64,000 nucleotides of DNA. It comes from Dimargaris cristalligena (taxonomy: Eukaryota). The position numbers and the translations under genes were made by a program. How positions within the stretch are numbered: the first letter of the stretch is position 1; each line of letters begins with the position of its first letter. This document shows positions 1 through 12,306 of the stretch, one piece after another. Location: positions 1-64,000 of the forward strand of contig ML002212.1 in assembly GCA_003614675.1 (NCBI GenBank), in the 5' to 3' direction. The notes beneath the pieces were generated by a model. The model was given only the letters and a program-made list of their open reading frames with translations, was not told where the DNA came from and searched no databases.

Positions 1-138
1 GATATTTGGTAATGTTCTTCATCTTTTCTAAACTAAAAATAGTTTGGCCGGGATATGCTATTAGAGTTTAAGCAGGCCCGGCCACAACAATGAGAAGAAC
101 ATCGGTGGGACCCCAATTTACAGGTTAAGTATAATAGC

Positions 139-277
139 ATATGGGAGGAGCTCAACCAGACTGTAAAACGAAAAATCCGCTGGATGAGGCAACTACTACT
201 GGTTGAAAATACACCTCCCTCCTATTTTCCCGTATACATCATTTAAAACATACAGTTGGACTGATTTTCACCCATAT
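139..277. mobile_element. MITE-like element, ~140-bp family, copy 1
   Basis: ATATGGGAGGAGCTCAACCAGACTGTA ... TACAGTTGGACTGATTTTCACCCATAT imperfect TIRs. The interior aligns with the copies at 49151 and 59100. Confidence 0.8.
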
Positions 278-843
278 TATCCTCTAATAACAGAAAAACA
301 TCTATACTTGGCGATTCTGGCGACTAGCTGGAGGGTGATGGATTTTATTTATGCTAAAATATCCGGGCCATTGGTATAGACACCAAGAATTGGGCCTAAT
401 TTACTTTAATAGCGTCCTATAGCCGTATTGATAAATGGAGAAAACGGCTCATAGGTGTTGGAAATTATACTAATCTAAACAGACCGAGGTAATATAGCTT
501 GGTAACAATTCAAAAAAAAATGGCTATTGAATACTTTACTTGAGGATATTTTATATACATTACCAACCCTAACAATCCTAATGATAGACAATACTAATCT
601 GGGAGACTTCGCCCAATATCACAGAACAAAGCAGATGCTGACTTCTGTGTGAATGGACTAATCCGCTATTATCTAAATTAGACATGGCGCCAGTACTTGT
701 GAAAAGAAAAGAAAATAAAAAAAGTGATCAAGGGCAAACCCTGAAACTCTATCCACTTCCCTATATTAAATATTCCGCCGATAATGACTACAGCGAACAC
801 CACTTTTTATTATGGCCATCTAACCGATCTGTTTTTTATACCA

Positions 844-2164
844 TTAGCAAAACTTCCAGCGATTCTCGCAGTTGGTACAGGTGACAAACGTGGTCATCGG
901 TTCATCCGCACTGCGCGTTTGCATTTGGTAGTACGTGCACTTGCGACTCTTGCACCGCCCACAGCGGAACTGGTCTGTTTCGGCCTGCATGGGACCGGCC
1001 CCCCGCGCCTTGAACAAGTTATCCTCCTGCAGTTGACGGTCCTTGGCTTTGCGTTCCTCCGACGCCATATCCTGGGAGGACATGGTGCAGATTTGGGGAA
1101 TGGTAATGTCACCGCTCGCCACGGCTTCCCGGAGACCCGGGTTCGATTTTTGACCGAGGTTGAGGAAGAGGGATTTGATTTTGCTCTTGTAGGCAACGTT
1201 GGTGGTGCCGCTCTGTTGGAAAACGAAGGCTTCGATGGCCACCGCCCGCTTCAGAAGGAGCTCCGAGTCGGCACCACTGTTGGTGGCGAGGGCCGCGTAC
1301 AGCATTTTGGTGCACTGGTCCCGCGCGGGATCGCCGGTGGGCTTGACTTTGACGCCATCAGTGTTAACGTCCCGCTTTTTAGGGGGACCGGCGGCCGCGG
1401 CCGGCTGGGCGGGCGGCGATGTGGAAGTCGCAGCGGTCGGGGTAGTAGTGCGCGAAGGGGTGGCAGAGATGGGGCTTGTGATGGGCGAAGCTTTGGCAGA
1501 GACCATGGGTGTAACCGTAGCAGACAGAGGGGCCGGGGTACCACCAGTCGCGGCTCCGTTTTGGCTCGAGCTATTAGTACTACCGGCTACCTTCGGTGCA
1601 CTGGGTTGCGCGTCCGGTGCGGAAGGAGTGGTGGCTTTGCTAGACGCCGTCGAAGTGGGGGCTGGTTTACCCTTGATACCCGAACTACTAATGACGTCTT
1701 GTTTCCATTTACGAACTAGGTTTTTCGCGGCGACGGAGACGGACGCATCGGCGTGGTTGCGGAGTTTACCTACCACGAGACCAACCTCCGTCTTGCGGAG
1801 AATTTCCTCGGTGGCACTAAATTTAGTCAGTAGGGTCATTAGCGTATGGATTTCCTATACGGTCGAACGGATGTGTTCAATAGCCCATTGCGAGGGACGC
1901 CGGTATGAGGAGTGACGTGGACAATTGAACAGCAGGACGGCAAGTTAATATATCGTTGGGAATCGACCTCAAGGAAGCGTACCCAGTCGCGATTCATAGT
2001 AATATATATATATATATAACGCGTCCAATCGCCCTTGAAATGGAAAAACGGCCAAAGGCGGTGATTCGTGACCCTCCTACCAGTGCACTTACAGTGGTGT
2101 TGTTGCTTTCATTAGCGGCCTGAATGGCCTTGCCCAAACGGCGAATCTCCGCGTAGTCCGACAT
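844..2164 (-). CDS. DST1: Transcription elongation factor TFIIS (2 exons: 2164-2093, 1854-844; ~360 aa)
   Basis: C-terminal Zn ribbon CGRCKSRKCTYYQMQTRSADEPMTTFVTCTNCENRWKFC and central domain (AYKSKIKSLFLNL). Exon 1 MSDYAEIRRLGKAIQAANESNNTT joins in frame via a GTAAGT...TAG intron. Confidence 0.96.
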
Positions 2165-2519
2165 GGTAGAGTTTTAACAATGTAATTAAGATTTATAAGA
2201 ATATAATAATAGAAATGGGAAAAACCAAAGAGGTGCAAAAAAATAAAATAAAATAGGATATTCCCAGCCAAAAGTTAGTTCGCCCGCAACTTAGCTGAAT
2301 CGATTGAAAAAAGGCTGACCGGTAAATTCGATTAGGGTATGTAAAATCGTCAATCGCGGCAAAGGCGCTAGAATATTCGATTATTAAAGGAAGATTTGAA
2401 GTAATCGAGAGCTGTGGAGCAAAACCTGGCTTAGGTAGGATGACAGATGATATATTTTTGAGGACCTTGTTTTACATATATGTAGTTTTTATCGAGTACG
2501 AATAAAATAGATACAATGA

Positions 2520-2658
2520 ATAGGTGGGACGTTTGATCAGGCTGTATAATGAAACATCCGCACTTTGGGGCAGATGATAATGGTTAAGTATGAATGAGCC
2601 ACTTATTTTCTTATTTAATTATTAAAACTCTTACATGGTCGCTAAATTTTGCCAATAT
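2520..2658. mobile_element. MITE-like element, degenerate copy
   Basis: CAGGCTGTATAATGAAA.ATCC, TGGTTAA and right end AAATTTTGCCAATAT, colinear with the family. Confidence 0.6.
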
Positions 2659-3515
2659 GTTAGATCCACGTAAAGAATGGATTCTAAACTACAGCATAGT
2701 TCTATGTTGATAATATTCAAATATACCCCAAATAACTAGTAACTCCTTCCACTAGATATATTCCTGAGCCACTGGCATATACTAATTAACATTAAAGTGT
2801 TTTTTTTGTTCTTTTGCATTACATTATGAAGACTTTAGTTGGTACAATAATGGTGTACTCCGTTAAATTCACGAGTGGTAGCTGTAAAACAAAATCTAAC
2901 ATGTAAAGATGAATTATAAAAAAGTGAGCAGTATTGTATATATGTATATAAATGAGACATTTTCACTTACGATGACAGACCTACCATCATATTTATATAT
3001 GCTCGGGTGCAGGAATTGGGTAAGAAACGATAATAATGCGATTAAAGGTTTATTGTGGACAGTGGGTGTGGAGGGGTCTACAAACGAAATTCAACAGATA
3101 TATTTTAGGTTTTTAACAAATGTGGCAGTGAAGTCCTAATGATTCACCCTACCTGCTACAGCCGACAATCAGTGGAGGGAAGGAATACCTTTGGTTGAAT
3201 CGGTGGGGGTGGGTTTAAGATGTCGAAATGTGGCAAACAATATGGTTGATATGATATTGGGACTGTACGTAACAGAGTCCATGGGAGAGACCACAGATGC
3301 AATCGAAAGTAGATGAGTACGGGAGGACAGCATACTTCAGGCGAAAATATACCGGTAGAATAAGCACATTCATTGACAATGGTACCCCCAGCCAACATGA
3401 ACAGAGGAGACTGCTGGCTCGACCAGTTCCTTTGCCTTGGTTATAAAGAAGACTGGGAAGGAAGCGCCAGTCGTGCAAAAGATAGGAATATGCAATCAAT
3501 AGAGTCACGGCTTAT

Positions 3516-5058
3516 CTAGAATATAGTTCCTTTGAGATCAGCCAGGCGCGATTCGATGGCCGTATCCAGCTTTTCCGCCTGGGCCTTGATTTCCTCGGCG
3601 GTGAACCGGTACTGGGTAAGAAGGGCCCGTTTTTCCTCCTAAATGAGGGCGACGCAAAATACGGACGGTATAATGAGGGTTAGAATACTATATGTGGGTA
3701 CGGGAGCCAAAGGATAGGTTCCACGACTTATATTGGGTTGGATTATAGCATAGAAAATAGCGTAATGGCGGGATCGAAAGAAAGAAAACTTACGGGTGAA
3801 ATGTCATTATCGTCATAAATAAAGCGCGTCTTCTTTTCCGGTTTACCCGAGACGGGTGCTGATGAGGCCACGGCGGTGGAATCGGCGGTGTTGGAAGGTT
3901 CGGTAGCAGAAGCCGCCGGCTCTAAATCGGGTACCGAATTGTGTGTAGAGGCGGCAGACATAGGGACACCGCCAGGAGTACTTGGAGCGATGGGGGTGGT
4001 GGGGGAGATTAGTGAGTGGGTTGGGGCAGCAGCTGGAAGTTGAACAGAGCCAGGTTGGGCCACAGATGGGGGATATGCGGGAGCTCCCCCCGGGGGGAAT
4101 GGTGGCCGAGGGTAGCCAGGTGGTGGTGGCCAAGCGTAGCCCGGGAATGGCGGCATTGGGTAGCCGGGAACCGGTGGCATTGGGGGCCGTTGGCCAGGCG
4201 GTCCGGAAGTTGGTGGAGGAGCTCCGTAGGGATAGGGGATGGGAGGCATGCCAGGAGCGCCATACTGCGGGGGAGGATACGGATAACCTGGAGGCATGCC
4301 GTATGGGTACATGGGATGGCCTGGGATGGCCCCTGGAGGATACTGACCGGGGGGAAACCCTCCCGCTGAAGCAGCCGCGGTACTTTGGTCGGTTTTGGCC
4401 TTTTTGGCATCTCCTGATTCGCCCTCCATGGCCTGGTTGTGGGCGGCAAGGTCCTCGGCGGGAATTCCGTCCATGCCATAAATCTCGATATCGGGATTAT
4501 CGCGCTTGGGCAAAGCATTGGGAACCCTAGGCGGAAGGTAAGAGGAAGTGGGTGGAGGTTGACATAACAAGGGGTTAGATATTAGAAAAAGGATTGGGGG
4601 GTGTGAGGCGTTGCATTTCCAATTTGGATTCTAAGTGGCTCGTATGCGGTCATGACTTACTTAGTAACCTTGATTTTATGTACCTGGCCCACGTGGATCA
4701 CCATACCATTGGCCGTATTGAGGCGCTTATTACACTCGCTGCACTTGAAATGTCTGGCCTTTTGGTGATTGATAAGTACCAATTCATCTTCAAACTCACG
4801 TTCGCAGTACCTATGGCGATTGGCATTGCGAAATGATGGAGACAATAGTATTGAAATAGGTATAAATATAGGTAAAACATACGGGGTTTGTTAGGACCGG
4901 CTCTTAATGAAACAAAGTGGTGTGGGGGGCTATAGTCGGGTTGGGCTGAAAGGACGCGGTATGGAATAGCCCATACTCGTGGACCTTCAAAAAAAAATAG
5001 ACTTACTACGGACTTACCAGCACCAGGGTTTCATTTGCTTCCTCTTCTTTTTGGCCAT
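3516..5058 (-). CDS. ZNF207: BuGZ/ZNF207-like C2H2 zinc-finger protein (4 exons: 5058-5018, 4810-4661, 4526-3794, 3638-3516; ~348 aa)
   Basis: Spliced N-terminus [59 protein letters not shown]...VPNALP...[10 protein letters not shown], a Pro-rich middle, and C-terminal GLEBS-like [18 protein letters not shown]. All introns are GTAAGT...AG and preserve frame. Confidence 0.93.
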
Positions 5059-5946
5059 TTTAAAGGAGGTGCCGAAATTGGGTGAAGGAAAAAAAGTGGG
5101 TTATTTAAAAGACAGGAAGGGCAAAAATAGAGGGAATCCGGCAATAGGGTATTCGTACAAGACTGAACCGATAATCAACTGGCAAATGAATGAGAATGAG
5201 AAGAAAAAAAGTGGAATATTGGAATGCCAACTAGTACTACTCTCAATGCAAGAAGGGCTTCTGAAATTGACCACTGGTTAGTTATAAGGAAGGAAGGAAA
5301 GGGGGAGGAGATCAACTGTAAGGACTCTAACAAGGAGAGGAAAGCGGTAAATGGAACCCAATGTTTTAACCATACCAACTCGCTCGCTCGCTTAGTTGAA
5401 AGGGTTTGAATAATGAAAGGCCAGTCTATCTATTTTCGCGGCATACATTGTGTATATGCGCATATATAGAAAGAGAGGGCCTATTATTCCATTGATGGAC
5501 GCGGAGGGTGGTGGTGATAGGGCGGGTATAATGGGAGGTAGATTGTCTTGGCCTAGGCCAGTGGGATAATGGATGCAGAGGCCCAGGGTCAGCTGGGCGA
5601 GACTCTTTTCCCTTTCCACATGCCTCTCCCCGAGGACCTTTTTACCAAGAGTGTTTTATTAGTAGAGAGAGAGGGTGAGTGTCTTGTGCCTACACAGACC
5701 CAGTGTTAGCGTCACTGTTTAACCACCACATTACTCTATTGAAAGTGGGCCCCAACAATCGCCTGAACCGGGCGCTATTGTGTGCCCCTCCGGCTGCTGC
5801 TTAATAGACCTAAGGAACTTGGACTTTCTCAAGTACTCTCTATCTCTCTCTTCCTCTCTTCCTTTTCCCCCCACTTTCACCACTGCTTATCGTCCGCCTG
5901 TCATTCATTGCCTTCCTACTTTCCTGTGTGTTTTTCGTACTCCGCC

Positions 5947-7494
5947 ATGTCTGACTCTTCACCCAATTACAGAGACACTGTCGCCACCTTCAAGCTGCTG
6001 CTCATCGGCGACTCCAACGTCGGAAAGTCCAGTCTTATTCTGCGCTTCACCGACGACATTTTTCTTCCGCCCGAAGAAACGAGCGCCACTATCGGTAAGT
6101 CCTTTTTAGTCGGTATTATCCGGGGAGGCGGTGGTTCGAAAAAGGCATTGCCTCGGCCAATGGGCAGCGGGAGAAGGTATAAAGAAAGACTTGCGTAGTG
6201 CTATCGTTTAGAGGGCCTCCTCGTTTGGTGTGTACCCCTTGGTTTTACTAATATTCGCTACCGGCTTCTTTCTCATACTTTCTTATTTTTCTCTAGGCGT
6301 GGACTTTCGGGTCAAGCTGTATGACGTGGAAGATAAGCGCTATAAACTAACTATTTGGGTAAGTTCATTAACCAGGCTCACCTGAGCGGACATTCATTAC
6401 CTTACGATACTATCGAGTGTGCCTCGATAGATGGATGTTTAAATCCTAGGAAATCCCCCTTAACTCGAATTATGTGTTCTAATACCGCCCTCCATTCACC
6501 ACTTGTTTGAATATATATATATATATATATATAGGATACGGCCGGTCAAGAAAAATTCCGGACGCTGACCTCCTCTTGCTATCGTGGGGTTCACGGTGTC
6601 ATCTTAGGTAGGTATCCGCAATATTCCCATGACCAGTGATGACCTAATCAACACGCCTTCACGTGGCCTGCTTCTCTATTCCTTGTACGAGTTACCTTCG
6701 TTACTGTGCCTATTGCTGGGTTCACTTGAACGGCCCACCTGGTATAGTATTTGAAAAACATTATCACTAACCGACCACCTATTTATAATCGACTCCCTCT
6801 ATTTGCATTCGCCCAGTCTATGACGTGAGCCGCCGGGACACATTTGAGCACTTGGACCAGTGGCTCAACGAATTGAACACCTACTGCTCCGATCAGGAGG
6901 TTGTCAAGATGATTGTTGGCAACAAGATTGATATGGTAAGATATCTACCTCCATCTAATATGCGTGCTGCACCTTCTTACTCTACCGAACATGGTCCGAA
7001 TTGACCTGGTCTATATTTACTTTGGTAACTAACCCCTATTCTTTACAACGTCTGATTTTCATCCGAATAGGAATCCGAACGCATGGTGTCCCGCCAGGAA
7101 GGTGCCGACTATGCTCGCCGAACCCAGAGTATGTTCATTGAATGCAGTGCCAAGACCCGCGTCGGCGTTTACCAAGCTGTTGATGAACTTGTTCGCAAAG
7201 TAAGTGTGCCGATATTCTAAATATTCACTAAGGTAGTCTCCACCCCCCCCCCTTCTCCAAATACACCCCTCCCTTTCTATTAGTGACCCTATGGCAGCGG
7301 CTATATCCCATTAACCACGCACACTACTTTTACTCGCTTTGACTCCATGTTGGGCAATTTAACACCAACCGCTTTACCATTAGGTGGTTGAGACGCCTGT
7401 GCTGTGGCAGAAAAACCCCCAGATTGCCCCCGCGGGCAACGTCCGTCTGGATACCGCGGATTCCGAAGTCACCGGAAGCAACTGTGCCTGCTAA
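5947..7494 (+). CDS. RAB18: Rab GTPase, Rab18 subfamily (6 exons: 5947-6094, 6297-6358, 6535-6607, 6817-6935, 7071-7199, 7384-7494; ~213 aa)
   Basis: [32 protein letters not shown] and ECSAKT motifs. Rab18-type LLLIGDS..KSSL.LRFTDD.F, VSR.EG and ETP.LW signatures, and a C-terminal CAC prenylation motif. Confidence 0.9.
6511..6532. repeat. (AT)11 microsatellite at the 3' end of Rab18 intron 2
   Basis: Read directly. Other (TA)n tracts are at ~2002-2018, ~21214-21236 and ~51554-51574; (CT)n tracts are at ~18340-18360 and ~34275-34298. Confidence 0.95.
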
Positions 7495-9429
7495 ATGGCC
7501 CCCTGCCTAACTGGCTTGACTTCATCTCTTCAATTCAGTATGCCACCTCCGGGCATCTATATATTTCTTGAATTTTTGTTCTAAATCACGTTTGGACTAG
7601 ACCGGTCCATGGAACGTGCCTGTTGAATTTGCTGTTTTGCTATGTTAGTTGTATCCCGCTGACTTCAATAGTCTAACGGGCTGTGATATAGGCACATGCT
7701 TGGGCTACTATTGGCCATACCAATGTATTTTCGAATCACGTTAGTGCTTGTTAGTCTCCTGGTTTCTTGTTTGTTTATCCTGTATACTTTTTATACGCTT
7801 ATAAATCACCATGCATTCAATTAATATACCAATGTCTTTCGGATGAATCGGAGGCAATATAATGTAAAATAGAATATGCCATTTCAAGCCAGTGGAACTG
7901 GGCATGGGTGGGTATAGTGCAGGATAGCTATCTATAGTGAGCCTCGCCAATATATCCACCATGGTTAATAAATACCATTTAATTATAAAGTCGGCCGAAT
8001 AACCAAGGGCCTCTCCTCTTTATTTACTGATCGACTGGTCCAATTAATATAAACCCACGGAATGACTCTGTTCACCAGATCCATGCGGTAAGCCAACCAC
8101 CCGACACAGTTGTCTGGAATGAGTAATCAAATGTAATAATTAAAAAATCGATGAGGTTATTTAGCTATCCTGCGATGGCCCACATTGTATGATACGGGGC
8201 AATAAGTTGAGGCTGCAATGCACCAGTTTATTGCACAATGAACGAGTCCCCCCACCAGGAAGGACGATCCGTTGGCATTTTTTAAATCAATGCCTTTTCC
8301 AATTACATCTTAATTTGAGCTTTGGCGAAGACCACTTGCCTTGACCCCCAACATAGGGAATACGCATTACAGGCACTGAGTGCGGCAGAGTACATGGTCA
8401 ATTTAAGCTGGTTAATAATATATCCAACCTTGGACATGCACGACCCTTTCTACCGGGGCCCCTTTACCTACACATTTATGTACAAAATATACCAAAGTGC
8501 ATCATTCCCCACCCACTGCACCACTCATGAAGGGAAATGGCCTATCGGGGCATTTTGCCTACGCTATGTTTATGGTCTTCACATCTGTATCTACCGCCAA
8601 TCCGATAAGGAAAATAGCCATTACATGGGGTGGCTCTAGGAGAATATTTAAGTGGAGGAGTGAGACTGACCCCCCTTCAATACTAACCAAACTTTACCCA
8701 TCACCTGGGCCATTGCGGCCACCATCGATGTCGATGGCTTCCTACACCCCCAAGTCTTGGATGTGGCAGAAGCAAATACCTATGGCTATAGCCAAGCGAC
8801 TGCTGGGCGGTGTGGTATTCATAACTAAGGTGCCAAAGAGCGCGATCAGTAAAAATGATGCGTCGAACTCCTGAGACAAGGGGAACCAAGGGGATTTTGG
8901 CTTCGCCGCGCAGCGATAATTACCCGGGAAAACTCAAGTTGAAACACCCTATAAAATGAATTACATGCCTTTAGTTAACCCTACATGAGTAATGTTTGAG
9001 CAAAACACTATTGATATGCACAATATAGGTAGTTTCTACTTCATTTAGTCGGGAATTTATAGCCCTGGGTTGATTGGTTTTTATATATTAATCCGGTTTC
9101 TTCAAGTAACCTCGCGCATGCGGGACTACGGTTATCAGATAGGCATGGCTCGCTGTCCTTCCTACTTCCAAGCTCCTGTAGCGCGGGCATCGTAAATGCA
9201 AAACTGGTCGGAGTGAAATACCAGCATGTCCATAGTGCTTCCCACGCCCCTTTACTATTTTTTTCACCACCCCTTGGTACGATCCCACACATGAAGACAT
9301 TATCTTTCAGCCCACAGTATAAATACACCGCTTCATCTCCTCCCACTGGACAATCCGTAGTTCCCTTACTAACCTTTTATATTCTACTCCGTGGCTTGCC
9401 TTCTCTTGTTTCCCGCACTTCCAGTAACC

Positions 9430-11814
9430 ATGGTCTTCAAATCGACACTACCGCCGGTAACCTACCCCAAAACTGACGTAGCTACTTTTATCTTCCAGAG
9501 CATTCGCAAGTCCAATGTTTGGAGTAATCCTCAGCAGCCGGCGTTTATCAATTCAGATACCGGGGACGTAGTCACCATCGGCGAATTCGAGGTGAGCGCT
9601 AACGAACTCGCTTCCGGCTGGCAAAATATCGTTGGTTTACGTCCTGGCGAAGTGGTCGCCATCGTTTCTGCCAATGACGTAAGTAATCAATTCTCCACTG
9701 ATGAATCGGTATTCTTGATCATTATTACTACCACCCCGTGCATGGCTTTGAGTATAAACAACACCTGTTAGAGCTATTGATAAATGGACAATGGGCCTGT
9801 TGGACTTCTGGCCAGAGCTGGTACTAACCGACTAGTTAATAGCTTCACGTTATATACATTTATTTTTGGCTTACTAGATACACTATGCCACTATTATAAT
9901 GAGTATCATCTTGGCCGGTGGCATTGTCACTCCAGCTAACCCCGTCTACACCGCCAACGAACTGGCCCACCAATTCAAGGATTCCGGCGCCAAATATGTT
10001 GTGGTCAACCCTGAATGTTTACCTGCGGTTGAGAAGGCCGCCCAAAAGTGCTGTATTTCACCTCAATCTGTGTTCACTATGCCCAATCGTCTCTCTAAAT
10101 CACCGGTGCCTAGCGTATTCACCCTCAAATCCCACCAGCCGTTCCAACGATTAAGCCTAACCCCTGAAGAAGCGGCCACCCAAACTGCCTACCTTTGTTA
10201 CTCATCTGGCACAACCGGTAAGTTGCCCTACCTTTTCCACGGCCTTACCACACCATTCCCCCGGTTCCAGACTGCGCGGAGGTGAACCCCCATGTACTCC
10301 CTGAAGGGGGAAAATCCGAGTCAGGGGCATTCAGTATTGCTAAATGATTTAATCCCTAGTTGTAGTGATTCCAAGTCATTTTAAGCCAGCCAAATGTGGC
10401 CTTCTAGTAAATACATACATTGGTTGATCAGTTTATTCATGAAAGGTCTATAGGAATCCACCACACCAATCTAACCAGAACTACTGTATTTTTGGTGGAT
10501 CCAATCTCCCCCCCCCTCAATTTAACAAATTCTAGGGTTGCCCAAAGGAGTCGAAATTACCCATAGCAACATTGTGGCTAATATAAGCCAATTCGCCGAG
10601 TTTAGATACAACCAAGGTCTGACTCACCAGGGGAAGCGGATCCTGGGCGTCCTTCCATTCTACCATGTCTATGCCCTTACCATTCTTCTTCACAACAACA
10701 TATTCGAGGTAATTGGCAGTCTGGAGTAAAACATATTCAATTTCCTTTCTACTATGTCGGGTATGTGCCTTAGTTGGACAGCTGTTTCCCGTCCCCTAAT
10801 ATACTCTACTGCTGCTGTATTTACAAACTGACCCAGCCACTAATATATTACTATGTTGTCCGACCATTGTCCACTTTCTCACTGTTTACATAGGGCTACA
10901 TAGTAGTAGTAATGCGGAAGTTTGAATTTCTGCACTTCTTGGCCGTTATTCAGAGGTATAAGATACACTACGCCTACCTTGTCCCCCCCATTATTTTAAC
11001 ACTAGCCAAGCATCCGGCGGTATCGCAATTTGACCTGTCCTCCCTGAAGGGTATTCTCGCCGGTGCAGCACCCGTCTCGCCGACTCTCATTGGCGAGATA
11101 TACCAGAAGTACGGCATTGTGGTGTGCCAGGCGTACGGTATGACCGAGCTTTCGCCCGTTACGCTAGTGACACCGGTCAATAATCCCCACCAGGCTTCGG
11201 CGGGTATATTGGTGGGATCTATGGAGGGGAAAATCATCAATGCGAATGGCGAGGAGCTGCCCCCCAACGAAATCGGGGAACTGTGCGTTCGGGGTCCTAA
11301 TGTCATGAAAGGCTATCTAAACAACCTCCAGGCCACCACAGCTATGATCGATGCCGACGGGTTCCTACATACGGGCGACATTGGCCATGTTAACGAACAA
11401 GGATTCATATTCATTTCGGACCGCATCAAGGAGCTCATCAAGTACAAGGGATTTCAAGTTGCCCCGGCCGAGCTGGAGGCCCTTATTATATCCCACCCCA
11501 AGGTCTTGGATGTGGCGGTCATCAGTGCCTACGACCATAGTCAAGCTACCGAAGTGCCCAAGGCGTTTGTGGTCTTACGGGCCCAGGACATACCCGCCAC
11601 TGAGGCCCTTGAAAAGGTCCTCGTGGAAGAGATTACCCGATTCGTCCATGATAACGTGGCAGCCCATAAGCGACTCCGAGGGGGAGTAGAATTTATAACC
11701 GAGGTACCGAAAAGTGCGGCCGGTAAAATCCTGCGCCGAATCCTCAGAGCAAGGGAAGCGGAGAAGAATGGGTCGGTGATCCAGACGGCCGATACCGTAA
11801 TGGCTAAATTGTAG
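9430..11814 (+). CDS. 4-coumarate-CoA ligase/luciferase-like acyl-CoA synthetase, peroxisomal, copy 1 (exons 9430-9678, 9878-10217, 10536-10708, 10894-11814; ~560 aa)
   Basis: AMP-binding motifs YSSGTTGLPKG, PFYHVY, YGMTE, GELCVRGPNVMKGY, LHTGD, DRIKELIKYKG, GKILRR. Ends in the PTS1 tripeptide AKL. Confidence 0.93.
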
Positions 11815-12306
11815 TCGCTATAATTCTTTACGACGATGTGCTTGATCCGCTAATTCAGACGGCCGTTTGACTGGAACTCTTTACTGATATTTCATTTATA
11901 TGTTGTTGTTTTTTTTTGGTGTTTTATTGTGGCCCTGGAACATTTGTCCCGGCTTAATGTAATTTATATTTACTATTATTTAAAGTCTCCAATAAAACCT
12001 TGATAGAGTCTTGAGGATATCCATTAAAGTTAGTGCAGTTCCTCCGCATCTCTAGTATTCTGTAAAAGCAGCATAATAATGCAGTGGCGTTTGAACAAGG
12101 GGTAGCTGGCTATCCATAAGCCCCTTTTCCCCGTCCTTACGTTCCCCTACAATAATGTAGATATGCATACAGACACTCACCTACTCATCTGAACAGGCTA
12201 TAAATCCAGGCCGGCCCTCCCGGGACCCGGGGACTCACGGCTGCCTTTTGATTTTACGGTTTCTCCCCAATATACCTTCCCTCCCGTATTTACCTCCCAT
12301 AACAAT

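Noticed and set aside
784-1915. Long plus-strand ORFs (784-1719, 1199-1915) opposite TFIIS, and similar antisense ORFs over RPT3, MFS, histones, RPS4 and DDI1
   Set aside because: Antisense shadows of GC-rich conserved genes with no recognisable protein features.
6630-6740. Box C-like RTGATGA in Rab18 intron 3 (also at ~25173 and ~47186)
   Set aside because: No box D (CTGA) at a suitable distance and no terminal stem, so a snoRNA is not supported.
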